From the NCBI GenBank assembly GCA_035631875.1, contig DASQHX010000001.1:5655-37654 (forward strand): a stretch of DNA of 32,000 bases, in the 5' to 3' direction. Made by a program: the position numbers and the translations under genes. This DNA is from Nitrosopumilaceae archaeon. GTDB taxonomy: Archaea; Thermoproteota; Nitrososphaeria; Nitrososphaerales; Nitrosopumilaceae. The notes under the pieces are model-generated. The model was not told the origin of the DNA. It saw only the letters and a program-made list of their open reading frames with translations, and made no database searches. Shown in pieces: positions 1 to 9,227 of the stretch (positions are counted from its first letter, which is position 1; each line of letters begins with the position of its first letter).

Positions 1-1351
1 AACAGTCACATCTTCAGATGGAAGCTTTGTGGTAGAAATATACGATGACAAGGGAAATAAAATTACAGAGTCAGTAGTAAATTCAAAGGGACAAGCTTAC
101 TTTACTAATCTAAAAGTTGGTGATTATGTGTTTCATGCAATAAACTTGAAGGATAATAGTGAATGGGGTAACTCTGAAATAACAATAGATGGAAACCAAA
201 GCCTAGTACAAATTTTCAAAAATCAACCTGCAATAGAGATCAATGGGCAGACAAACACTACTAAAAACCAGATTCCACAGTTATCTAATGTCTCAAGTAA
301 TCAAATCCCCCAAGCATCTAGCACAGCAAAAAATACCACATCATATAATATCCCAAACTGTCATTGTGTTGCATTTCGATTAGATGACATTCAGGATTAT
401 TGGTTAAACAACGTTCAAACTGCAATCATGGATACATTCCAGCAGAAAAATGCCAGTCTAACCATAGGTGTGATTGGCAATTCTTTTGGTGGCGATGTTA
501 AACTGACAGGATATCTACAAAAAAAGATCAAAACCAGTCCATCAATAGAAATAGCAAATAGTGGCTGGAAGTTTGAAGATTTTACTGCATCTAAGCAGAG
601 CGAACAGTCTTTACTTATCAAACAATCAAATGACAAGATATTTTCCTTGTTAGGAATCACACCATCTGTCTTTATTCCACCTTATGGGAAAATTAATAAC
701 GATACATTTGGTGCAATGCATGAAAATAACATTACATTTCTTAGTGCAAATACACTAACCTATCACACAGTTTATTCCACATCCAATACAATTCATCTAT
801 TTCCAGCAACTGTCTCAACTGGTTATGTCAGTTCTGGTAATGGCACATTACACAAATTAACTAATGATGAGATATTTACTAATATCCAAAATAGCTTACG
901 CAATTACGGTTTTGCAGTAGTCACTATATCTTTCCAAGATTATGCAATAAACAATGGAACTGCAACACAAAATGAGCCAGACATGCAACAAATTCAGCAA
1001 CTTGGATCATTAATTGACAAAGTTAGAAATGACGGCATAAAGATTGTAAATATAAGTAAGATCAACAATGGACAAGTATCAAATCAAATTCCACCATGGA
1101 TTAAAAATGATGCAGGATGGTGGGCAAATGGAAAGATATCTGATTCTGATTTTATCAGCGGCATTCAATATATGATACAAAACAATATAATAATTATTCA
1201 AAATCTTCCACAATCAGGGGAATCAAGCAGCCAAATCATTCCACCATGGATTAAAAATAACGCAGGATTGTGGGCAGAAAATAAAATTTCAGATAATGAT
1301 TTTCTCAAGGGAATAGAATTTCTAATACAGCAAGGAACAATCAAAACTTGA
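1..1351 (+). CDS. Polysaccharide deacetylase-like (NodB/DUF2334-type) secreted protein with two C-terminal 'IPPWIKN-AGWW' repeats; 5' end truncated by window edge
   Basis: ORF track gives 29..1351 from a GTG, but the frame stays open to base 2 (TVTSSDGSFVVEIYDDKG), so the true start is outside. 'CHCVAFRLDDIQDYW' and 'FIPPYG' resemble deacetylase motifs; C-terminal repeats at ~1088 and ~1235. Confidence 0.75.
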   Translation, partial: TVTSSDGSFVVEIYDDKGNKITESVVNSKGQAYFTNLKVGDYVFHAINLKDNSEWGNSEITIDGNQSLVQIFKNQPAIEINGQTNTTKNQIPQLSNVSSNQIPQASSTAKNTTSYNIPNCHCVAFRLDDIQDYWLNNVQTAIMDTFQQKNASLTIGVIGNSFGGDVKLTGYLQKKIKTSPSIEIANSGWKFEDFTASKQSEQSLLIKQSNDKIFSLLGITPSVFIPPYGKINNDTFGAMHENNITFLSANTLTYHTVYSTSNTIHLFPATVSTGYVSSGNGTLHKLTNDEIFTNIQNSLRNYGFAVVTISFQDYAINNGTATQNEPDMQQIQQLGSLIDKVRNDGIKIVNISKINNGQVSNQIPPWIKNDAGWWANGKISDSDFISGIQYMIQNNIIIIQNLPQSGESSSQIIPPWIKNNAGLWAENKISDNDFLKGIEFLIQQGTIKT

Positions 1352-1361
1352 CATGTAAGTT

Positions 1362-1685
1362 CTATTTGTTTGGTCCAACCATTTCATCACTTTTGACATT
1401 CTGATCCCATTTTCCACGAATTCCTTTTACCAGTACAAACACGCCTACTCCAATCAGGCCTAGAGATGAAACAAGAAAGAAAAACATGTCTTGCATTTTT
1501 TCGTCGCATTTTACTGCTACAGAATTACCGTCTGGCGTGTAATCATAACAAACATCAAACTGTCTAGATTGAATCACATACTGTTGATATTGTGCACCGG
1601 TTATACCCCCTAAAAGAAAACCAGCAAACGCAAGAACAGAGCCTAATATTACAAGCCTAGTATCGCTCACATGGGTAATTTGCAT
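1362..1685 (-). CDS. Small membrane protein with two predicted TM helices
   Basis: ORF 107 aa; hydrophobic segments 'LVILGSVLAFAGFLLGGITG' and 'MFFFLVSSLGLIGVGVFVLV'. Confidence 0.7.
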   Translation of the reverse strand: MQITHVSDTRLVILGSVLAFAGFLLGGITGAQYQQYVIQSRQFDVCYDYTPDGNSVAVKCDEKMQDMFFFLVSSLGLIGVGVFVLVKGIRGKWDQNVKSDEMVGPNK

Positions 1686-1733
1686 CGTGTAATATTTAAT
1701 GTTGTAAGCATTTAATGTAATAGAGATATTTCT

Positions 1734-3014
1734 ATGGTTTTTGGATGGGGAAAGAAAAAATCAACAAACGAAGCAGTGGAATCAACAAGACATGAAAGAC
1801 AAATTTCCTTTTCTGATATCAATCCAATTTTAAAGGAAAGTGAAACACATCTACTTGAAAAAATTCTTGAGCAGGCAAAATCAATAAGGGAGCAAATAGA
1901 CACAGAGCGAAAAAACATCATACAAACAATGTCGTTATTTGAAAATGATGATCTTGATGCAGAAGATGTTGACAGATCACTCAAAGTGCTAATAGAGCGT
2001 GGAAAAAAAGCCGTAGTTTTAGGACTAAAACGTGAAACTGCAGTGAATCTATCAAATCTAGAAACTTTTCCAAATTTAGCAAATTTAAATTTGCAAACAG
2101 GTCAGATGCTAAAAAGAATTGGAGATGTTTTGGGTATAAATTCCCGGGTAATGCATGTTTTTGCTAGAAAGTATGCAGACAAACTCAAAGAAGACCTTGC
2201 AGAGATGGCCAAAAACAAAAGATACCTACAGGCACTAGTTGACGAATACGCTAATTTTGAGGCAACATCTAAAAACATTTTAGAATCAATAGAAGAAATT
2301 AAAAAATCAAAAAAAGAAATTGAAGATAAAAATCACAGATTAATCGAATTACAAAAAGAAATTGAGGATCATAAAAATACAATTAATAATTTGGAAAATG
2401 ATATACGAAACCTCAAATCAACAAAAGAATATCAAGAATTCCTAAATGTAAAAAAAGACATGGAATCTCTAATGCCAGAAAAAAAGTCTATTAAAAATGA
2501 AATTGACGTGCAATTTTCGAAAATATCAAGACCTCTTGGAAAATATAGCTATATTTCCTCGCTTGAAAAGCCTCTCAAAATCATCATGGATAGATTGGTT
2601 GCAGACCCATCTGAAGTAATCACAACTGAAAACAAGAATTCTATCATAGAAATATTACAGGCAACTGTAAAATCAGTTGTAGCAGGTAATGTCTCTGTCA
2701 AAGATTCACAAAAGGCAGCGGAACAAATCGAGGAAACCATAAACAGACTGGATGAATTTATCAATCTAAAACACAATCTAGCAAAAAAAATGAATGAGTT
2801 TGAAAGTAGGTTTGTTATTTTCAATATTAGAGATTTAGAGGAGAAGGAAAAAAAAGTGACACGAATCAAAGAGGATATCATACAATCAGAGTCATCTCTA
2901 AAAACTCTAGAAAAAGAGTTTTCTGAAGAAGCAAAACGCCCACCACAGATTGCTCATGATATTGAAACAAAGATAAACGAAATTTCTCAAACCAAAATAA
3001 CTTTGAAAATTTAA
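1734..3014 (+). CDS. Long coiled-coil (SMC-like) protein of unknown function
   Basis: 426 aa, heptad-rich K/E segments over the C-terminal two thirds; antisense ORFs 1712..1984 and 2549..2881 look spurious. Confidence 0.85.
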   Translation: MVFGWGKKKSTNEAVESTRHERQISFSDINPILKESETHLLEKILEQAKSIREQIDTERKNIIQTMSLFENDDLDAEDVDRSLKVLIERGKKAVVLGLKRETAVNLSNLETFPNLANLNLQTGQMLKRIGDVLGINSRVMHVFARKYADKLKEDLAEMAKNKRYLQALVDEYANFEATSKNILESIEEIKKSKKEIEDKNHRLIELQKEIEDHKNTINNLENDIRNLKSTKEYQEFLNVKKDMESLMPEKKSIKNEIDVQFSKISRPLGKYSYISSLEKPLKIIMDRLVADPSEVITTENKNSIIEILQATVKSVVAGNVSVKDSQKAAEQIEETINRLDEFINLKHNLAKKMNEFESRFVIFNIRDLEEKEKKVTRIKEDIIQSESSLKTLEKEFSEEAKRPPQIAHDIETKINEISQTKITLKI

Positions 3015-3068
3015 GTTATGGAACACTATTCTTCAAAGATTAATTAATTTGGATACCAAGAAAACCAT

Positions 3069-3482
3069 ATGATCTTCTTTAAAAAAGAAAAACTGCAACG
3101 GACAATCACCATAACAAAAGATACTCGTGATGGCATACTAACTTATTGCAAGCTCAATCATCCCAATGAGGGAATTCTTATCTTACGTGGCAAGTCCAAA
3201 AAAGGAATCATATCCATAGATGGTTTGGTAATTCCGCCTTTTTCGCATCACGGACCTACTTTTGCAGGATTTCCACACTCGTTTTTACCATTTGATCCAA
3301 GCTATGTAGGTACTGTTCATTCCCATCCATCAGGTGCAGCAAGACCATCAGTTACAGATCTACATAATTTCTTTGGATTTGTTTCATTAATTGTCCAATC
3401 ACCATATGAAGACGATGACATTTTTGCATATGATAGAGATGGAAATCTACTCGAAATCACATTAAGTCCGGACCAATCATGA
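3069..3482 (+). CDS. JAMM/MPN-domain (Mov34/PAD-1-like) metalloprotease
   Basis: Motif 'GTVHSHPSGAARPSVTDLHNF' matches HxHPx(n)SxxD of JAMM proteases; upstream glutamate in 'HPNEGILIL'. Confidence 0.85.
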   Translation: MIFFKKEKLQRTITITKDTRDGILTYCKLNHPNEGILILRGKSKKGIISIDGLVIPPFSHHGPTFAGFPHSFLPFDPSYVGTVHSHPSGAARPSVTDLHNFFGFVSLIVQSPYEDDDIFAYDRDGNLLEITLSPDQS

Positions 3483-3500
3483 CAAAAACTTATAAGCTTT

Positions 3501-3827
3501 TTGCGACAAGATGATGTGTTGATTAATTACAAATCATATTTAATTTTCCTTTTCGGTTCTTTGGCTGTGAGTATAGGACTACAAATGATCTTGCCATGGC
3601 CATTTGGATTAATGGCAGCCCTAGCTATCTTCATCGTATTTCCATTGTTCTTAAGAAACAGAGCATTGAAGAGGATGGGTGGCGGATTTGGTGGTGACCC
3701 TGGTGGCGGTGGCGGATTCTTTGGACAGAGTCAAGGTGTAAAGTACATTTGCCTTACATGTAACAACAGGTACAAAGGAGGCGCTTGTCCAAGATGTGGT
3801 TCTAAGATGAAAAGAGCAGACTTTTAA
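3501..3827 (+). CDS. Membrane protein with C-terminal zinc ribbon
   Basis: TM region 'YLIFLFGSLAVSIGLQMILPWPFGLMAALAIFIVFPLFL', Gly-rich linker, then 'CLTCNNRYKGGACPRCG'. Start (TTG 3501) uncertain. Confidence 0.7.
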   Translation: MRQDDVLINYKSYLIFLFGSLAVSIGLQMILPWPFGLMAALAIFIVFPLFLRNRALKRMGGGFGGDPGGGGGFFGQSQGVKYICLTCNNRYKGGACPRCGSKMKRADF

Positions 3828-3839
3828 AAGCATCACATC

Positions 3840-4169
3840 ATGACACTTGAAGAACTTCGAAAAAAAGCATTATTCCAAAATACAATAGACACATGGATAA
3901 TGCTATGTGAGGAAACCAGATCAGATTGGTACTTGCCAGAAAATTACAAAAAATTCATTGCGCATCTTACAAAAAGCGGTTTGAAGATGCAAAAATTTCC
4001 TCTTTGCATAAAAGAAACAGGTGGCATGTATCAACGAGGTAAAGACAAGACCCAATTTGCAGAATCTCTTGCTCAGGAAACAGATCCTAATGCAGCTGCC
4101 TATACAATAAAGCTAAATGATGAAATAATAAAAATAATCAGGCAGTTCAATCCTACCGCTTTAGCCTAG
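3840..4169 (+). CDS. Conserved hypothetical small protein
   Basis: 109 aa ORF 13 nt after the preceding gene; its 3' end overlaps the convergent permease by 17 nt. Confidence 0.65.
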   Translation: MTLEELRKKALFQNTIDTWIMLCEETRSDWYLPENYKKFIAHLTKSGLKMQKFPLCIKETGGMYQRGKDKTQFAESLAQETDPNAAAYTIKLNDEIIKIIRQFNPTALA

Positions 4170-5517
4170 GATTAACTATTACGTCCATTGCGTGTCCAAT
4201 AAAGACAAATGCCAGGCCTGTCATTGCAATCATAATTCCTGGCGGCAGAATCCACCACCAAAGACCTCTTGCTGCAGCACCATAAGTATTAGCATCATGT
4301 AAAATTTGTCCCCATGTTGGAAATGTGGGATCACCCAGTCCCAAAAAGCTAAGACCTGCCTCAGTAGTGATTGCAGCTGGTACTGATATAGCAATACTAG
4401 CAAATGCATATGGTAAAAGCTGAGGAATTATGTGTTTGAATATAATTTTGTAGTCTTTTTGTCCCATTATCTTTGAAGCTTCTACATATTGTAAGGTTTT
4501 AATCTGTAAAGCCATGCTTCGCGAAACTTTTGCAATTCCAACCCACCCAAAGAGAACCAAAAACCCTACAATTAAGAAAATGCTGTTACCAATTGTTACT
4601 GCTAAAATTATCAAAAGGGGCAGAGCAGGCATTGCATAAATAATATCATTAAAGCGCATTAATGATTCGTCTGTCTTTTTCCCCTTGTAACCTGCAAATA
4701 CACCATATACCAATCCAATAACCACAGAACCAATTGCTACAGTTATGCCAATAAACAATGCAAGCGGAGTACCCCACAACAATCCAACAGTCAAGTTCCG
4801 CCTAAGCTCATCAGTTCCCATCAAACCATATACTTTTCCTCCCAAGATAAATTTAGAAGTCTCAAGGTTTGATTTTAAATTAATGCTATACAGATTCACT
4901 TTGAAAAAATAATGCCCATTTAACACATTATTCTGTCCAGTCTTAGAAAAAACAATATCTTGTGCAAGTAGAGAATCAATTGGAAATACGAAATTGTCTT
5001 TATTTTTTCTAATATTTTTCATCATAGAATCATCTGTTGAAAAAATAAACCCGTGATATGATGTTTCAATTTTTGATTGAGGAAGCGAGGTTGATATCAA
5101 TTGGAATTCCTTTCCATCCGGTCTTGTAACCCAAATTTGCAGCAATGGGGATCCGGTATATTTTGCAGCATATTCGTAGATAAAATCACTTGGAAATTTA
5201 TCATAGTTATAATCAACAACAAAAATATTACTAGTCAGAAATATGTCCCCAACATTTTGTGATGCAACTTGAGGATTTTGTAAAATCATATGCTCTGGCA
5301 TTTTTTCTGAAAGAAAATAATTCACCCATGCAGGAAGAGCAGACTTTGGAAAAGTTAACCAGCTTGATGGATCATTCCATTCCTTAAAACTCTCTATTGG
5401 AATGGTAAGAACAGCTGCTGCCGACATTGCAAAAAGGATTACTAGTATTCCTATTCCTGCTAGACCGATTTTATTTTTTGAAAATTCATGCCAGACCTCT
5501 TTTGAAGAAAAAATCAT
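4153..5517 (-). CDS. ABC peptide-type transporter permease (DppC/OppC family)
   Basis: N-terminal 'EFSKNKIGLAGIGILVIL', 'GLMGTDELRRN..GLLWGTPLALFIG', 'EASKIMGQKDYKIIFKHIIPQ' (EAA-type loop), 'EAGLSFLGLGDPTFPTWGQIL'. Confidence 0.92.
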   Translation of the reverse strand: MIFSSKEVWHEFSKNKIGLAGIGILVILFAMSAAAVLTIPIESFKEWNDPSSWLTFPKSALPAWVNYFLSEKMPEHMILQNPQVASQNVGDIFLTSNIFVVDYNYDKFPSDFIYEYAAKYTGSPLLQIWVTRPDGKEFQLISTSLPQSKIETSYHGFIFSTDDSMMKNIRKNKDNFVFPIDSLLAQDIVFSKTGQNNVLNGHYFFKVNLYSINLKSNLETSKFILGGKVYGLMGTDELRRNLTVGLLWGTPLALFIGITVAIGSVVIGLVYGVFAGYKGKKTDESLMRFNDIIYAMPALPLLIILAVTIGNSIFLIVGFLVLFGWVGIAKVSRSMALQIKTLQYVEASKIMGQKDYKIIFKHIIPQLLPYAFASIAISVPAAITTEAGLSFLGLGDPTFPTWGQILHDANTYGAAARGLWWWILPPGIMIAMTGLAFVFIGHAMDVIVNPRLKR

Positions 5518-6572
5518 CCTTTTCTCACCCTTGGATCAAAGTAACCATACAAAACATCTGCCAAGAATATACTAACAAGGAAAAATGCAGTCAAGACATA
5601 TGTTTCACCAATTATCACAGGCAAATCAAGTACGTTGATTGCCTCATAGTATAGCCTTCCCATTCCTGGCCAATCAAATACAGCCTCTGTGATTATAGCA
5701 CCACCAAGCGACCCAGAGAGACTCAATGCTAGAACAGTAATAATTGGCGGTGCTGCATTTTTGAGTGCATGAGTATAGATTATCTTTTTTTCACTAATGC
5801 CAGCTGCTCTTTTTGCTGTCACAAAATCTTCTTGCATAATTCCAACAATGAAATTTCTTACTAGATATGCCCATGAACCAAACCCAATTAGCACCAATGT
5901 GATTAGCGGAAGTGCCATGTGATACAAGAGTGAGGCAATGTATCCAGGGTCTGTCACAGGAATTAATGGCGTTGCCCTTGCTGGAAAGATCTGGTACACA
6001 AACGCAAATACAAAGATCATAAGCATACCTATCCACCAGACTGGAAAGCTACTGCTAATGATAGCAAAAGTTGAGGTTATCTTGTCTAGTTTTGAGTTTA
6101 TCTTGCTTCCGGAGAGTGCGCCAAGAAATATTCCAATTAATGAAATTATCAAAGTAGCAGTTGTAAAAAGTAAAATTGTTCTAGGCATCTTCTCAAGTAT
6201 TATATCTTTTACATCAGACGAACCAGTATCGCTAGTAAGAAATTTTGCATGTCCAAAATCAAGTGTTAGGATTTTATACATTGAGAGTCCTAGTCTTGGT
6301 GGATAATACCAAGGCTTGTCAAGTCCTAATGCATCTGTTCTTTGTTTTATTTGATTTTCTACAAACGCATCAAGTTCTTGTGGATTTTTAAAACTTGTAA
6401 CAAGATGTTTGTTATCAGTAACTTGCTGCCTTATCTCAAGTGCGACGCTTTGTTTTAAAATTGCATCCATGTTAGAGCCGACAAGTGCGATAGTAATCAA
6501 CAGTGTAGCCATGAGCACTCCAAACATTGTTACAGCTCGTTTTATGACGAATCGTTTGAAGCTCATCTTCAT
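5514..6572 (-). CDS. ABC peptide-type transporter permease (DppB/OppB family)
   Basis: 'FVIKRAVTMFGVLMATLLITI', 'DFVTAKRAAGISEKKIIYTHALKNAAPPIITVLALS'; ATGA overlap (5514..5517) with the downstream permease. Confidence 0.92.
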   Translation of the reverse strand: MKMSFKRFVIKRAVTMFGVLMATLLITIALVGSNMDAILKQSVALEIRQQVTDNKHLVTSFKNPQELDAFVENQIKQRTDALGLDKPWYYPPRLGLSMYKILTLDFGHAKFLTSDTGSSDVKDIILEKMPRTILLFTTATLIISLIGIFLGALSGSKINSKLDKITSTFAIISSSFPVWWIGMLMIFVFAFVYQIFPARATPLIPVTDPGYIASLLYHMALPLITLVLIGFGSWAYLVRNFIVGIMQEDFVTAKRAAGISEKKIIYTHALKNAAPPIITVLALSLSGSLGGAIITEAVFDWPGMGRLYYEAINVLDLPVIIGETYVLTAFFLVSIFLADVLYGYFDPRVRKG

Positions 6573-6600
6573 CTGATAACTATTCCAGAGTTAATAACAT

Positions 6601-9063
6601 CTAGGATTTTTTTCTTTTCTTTAATGTTATTATGATTCCAGTAGCAATTACTACAATGGCAATACCAATTGCAATATAGCCAGAACCAGCAATTGAGATT
6701 CCAGAGGCAGATACAACATTTTCAGGAATTATTAGATTTTCACCCTGAATTCCTAAAAAGCTAGTATAAAACATGTCAGGTTTGAGGGCAGATTCTGATA
6801 CTGCAAATATTCTCAAGTCATTTGCACCCATACTCAAAAGCAATGTTTTTTCTCTTGATAGTGTGATATTCATGTTGCCAGTCTTTGATTGTAATGTACC
6901 TGAATCCACCATACTACCATCAGCATTTAGAAAATAATAGTAGACAGTAGAGTTGGGCGTGACAGAAACGGGAATTGTCAGTTCTTTACCCAATGAAACA
7001 GTTGTAGGAACATCAATGCTGTTTATCTTGGCAACATCAACGTTCTCAAATTTTTTCCAGTAACCTGCTCCAAATGGATATGTAGGATCATCAAATGCCT
7101 TTATAGTTATGATTCTAGCCTCTGGAGAATAACTATCAAGATAAAATGGACCATTACTTATTACTGCATGATTATGTTTTTCAATCCATGATATAGATGA
7201 AGAATATCTATCAGAATAGTATTGTTGTGAATTTTGTGTAAACCCTACTAATGCAACAGGAATAGAATTTGATTTTGAAAAATCTTCTAGATTTGATTTT
7301 ATCATATTTGCATCATTTGGTACAAGTAATGAGAACCAGTCAACATTTTTACTAACAGACTCTGATCTTGAAAATGCAACCTTACCATCGGTCACAGATT
7401 TTTCCATGGCATAAAATATCTCCCAAGGCATGGAAGGAAATACACCTGCAGAATCAGCAATCTCTCCTTCATCAAAGTGCCAATAGTCCTGATAAACTTC
7501 AATTGTGTTTTTATCAATAACCCTAATTCCAATTAACGTCTTTGCCGCTTGATTTGCCTTTGGTGAATATTCTGAATCAAATGTCTTGTTATTTTCAGAA
7601 TGTTCCGCTCCCCATTGATATAGGAAATAAATCGAATACAATACATCATTCATGTCCATTGGTTGACCATTATGCCAGTTTCCAAATGTTAGATGAAATG
7701 TTACCTTGCTTGTAGATTTTATACCATTACCAACTTGAAGCCATTTTTGCTGAATAGGATCCCATTTTATCGCATCAGATGGTACGTCCAGCTTGCCATT
7801 TGGCCCTGCTGTTTCCACTTTCCAACTAGAGCGAACAGGAATAGTTACTCCAGTATATGGATTCTTGAAACTTCCTGGATCAGTTATTGCTCCCAAAATT
7901 TGTTGACTAGTAGAATCACTAAAACCTGCAATAGGATTCCAAGCACCCTGGTAAATCTTGTTTACCCCAATTGTCAGAGAGGTAGAATTATCTCTTGCAT
8001 TAATTGGGGTAAATCTACTTGTAATTCCAGCACCAAAATCATTTACTACACCATCTACTTTTTTGTTTGATACAAACTGATCGATTTTACTTACAAGAAA
8101 AATTCGGACAGATTCTTTAAGACCTTCATTAACTGCCTTTTTGAGTAAATCAGTTCTTTGTTCTGCTGATGTAAAATTCCCTATGAAAATACTTTGTGAA
8201 AGAGAATCCATGTAATCATCTTTGTAATTCCAATAGGAGGGATTGTTAAATCCAGGCATGTTAGAAAACCACGGCGAATACATTTGTGCAGTCACAACAG
8301 AATCATATCGTACAAATCCACTTGATGCCCAACCCTCAGTATAGATATTCCATTTTAGATCAGATGGGTTTGAACCATACACGATTGTATATGCCTTGTT
8401 TAAATCACCATAATCCCTTTTTACAGAAAATCCAATTTTTTCTAGTTGTGAGGAAATTATCTCACCAATTGACTTTCGTATTTGATCATCACTTCTAATA
8501 AAAATTGTAATCTCTACTGGTTTTGAATCATAGTACCATTTGTTGTCAATTTTTTGTGCCCCAGCCTTTGTTAGAGAGTCTGAAATCATTTGCTCTGCAA
8601 ATGAAGGATTATATCTAAAGTTAAATGATTCAAGCTCACCTAAAATCAAAAGATAATCGGGATCAAATGGTTTGTATGCTGAAATCATTGACACTCCATA
8701 ACCGCCAAGAAGTTCATTAACAATTAGATCCCTATCAACCAAATAATTTAGTGCAAATCTAACATCTTTTATTGAAAAAGGATTGAATTTTGTAGACGGA
8801 GCAGGGTTTACAAGAAGACTATACGATTGACCTGTTGATTGAAATATTTTCAAACCCTCTTGTGATTGAGGATCAGAAATTCTGTCAAAAGGGATCGGAG
8901 AATAATAAATGTCCAAATTTCCATTTTTTACTTCCTCAAGTGCAGTATTTTCATCAGAATATTGGATAAATTGTATCTTGTCTACGTAAGTTCCCTTGTC
9001 AGCAAAAACAAGACTGGAACCAAAAACAAAAACAACACCACACAGTATTAAAAGTGGATTCAA
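6601..9063 (-). CDS. Extracellular solute-binding protein family 5 (Dpp/Opp-like), membrane anchored
   Basis: N-terminal signal 'LLILCGVVFVFGSSLVFA', 'FSIKDVRFALNYLVDRDLI', 'YYDSKPVEITIFIR'; C-terminal TM 'GYIAIGIAIVVIATGIIITLKKRKKS'. Confidence 0.88.
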   Translation of the reverse strand: MNPLLILCGVVFVFGSSLVFADKGTYVDKIQFIQYSDENTALEEVKNGNLDIYYSPIPFDRISDPQSQEGLKIFQSTGQSYSLLVNPAPSTKFNPFSIKDVRFALNYLVDRDLIVNELLGGYGVSMISAYKPFDPDYLLILGELESFNFRYNPSFAEQMISDSLTKAGAQKIDNKWYYDSKPVEITIFIRSDDQIRKSIGEIISSQLEKIGFSVKRDYGDLNKAYTIVYGSNPSDLKWNIYTEGWASSGFVRYDSVVTAQMYSPWFSNMPGFNNPSYWNYKDDYMDSLSQSIFIGNFTSAEQRTDLLKKAVNEGLKESVRIFLVSKIDQFVSNKKVDGVVNDFGAGITSRFTPINARDNSTSLTIGVNKIYQGAWNPIAGFSDSTSQQILGAITDPGSFKNPYTGVTIPVRSSWKVETAGPNGKLDVPSDAIKWDPIQQKWLQVGNGIKSTSKVTFHLTFGNWHNGQPMDMNDVLYSIYFLYQWGAEHSENNKTFDSEYSPKANQAAKTLIGIRVIDKNTIEVYQDYWHFDEGEIADSAGVFPSMPWEIFYAMEKSVTDGKVAFSRSESVSKNVDWFSLLVPNDANMIKSNLEDFSKSNSIPVALVGFTQNSQQYYSDRYSSSISWIEKHNHAVISNGPFYLDSYSPEARIITIKAFDDPTYPFGAGYWKKFENVDVAKINSIDVPTTVSLGKELTIPVSVTPNSTVYYYFLNADGSMVDSGTLQSKTGNMNITLSREKTLLLSMGANDLRIFAVSESALKPDMFYTSFLGIQGENLIIPENVVSASGISIAGSGYIAIGIAIVVIATGIIITLKKRKKS

Positions 9064-9227
9064 TGCACTGTTTTGCTTAAAACTGTATATAAGAATAAGA
9101 GAACTGGTTAAAAAACGCCAATGTCATTTTATAAATAGGTTCAAAATTATTCCTAGTATAATATTTGCAGGTTATCTTCTAATCAAGTTTTATGAATAAT
9201 ATTTTATAAACGCAAAATAAACCACGA

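Noticed and set aside
1712-1984. Minus-strand ORFs 1712..1984 and 2549..2881
   Set aside because: Ser/Phe-rich antisense shadows of the Lys/Glu-rich coiled-coil gene 1734..3014.
5427-5654. Plus-strand ORF across the DppB/DppC junction
   Set aside because: Antisense to two well-supported permease genes. The same reasoning applies to 5794..6036, 5938..6306, 7693..8070, 8286..8498 and 8866..9051.
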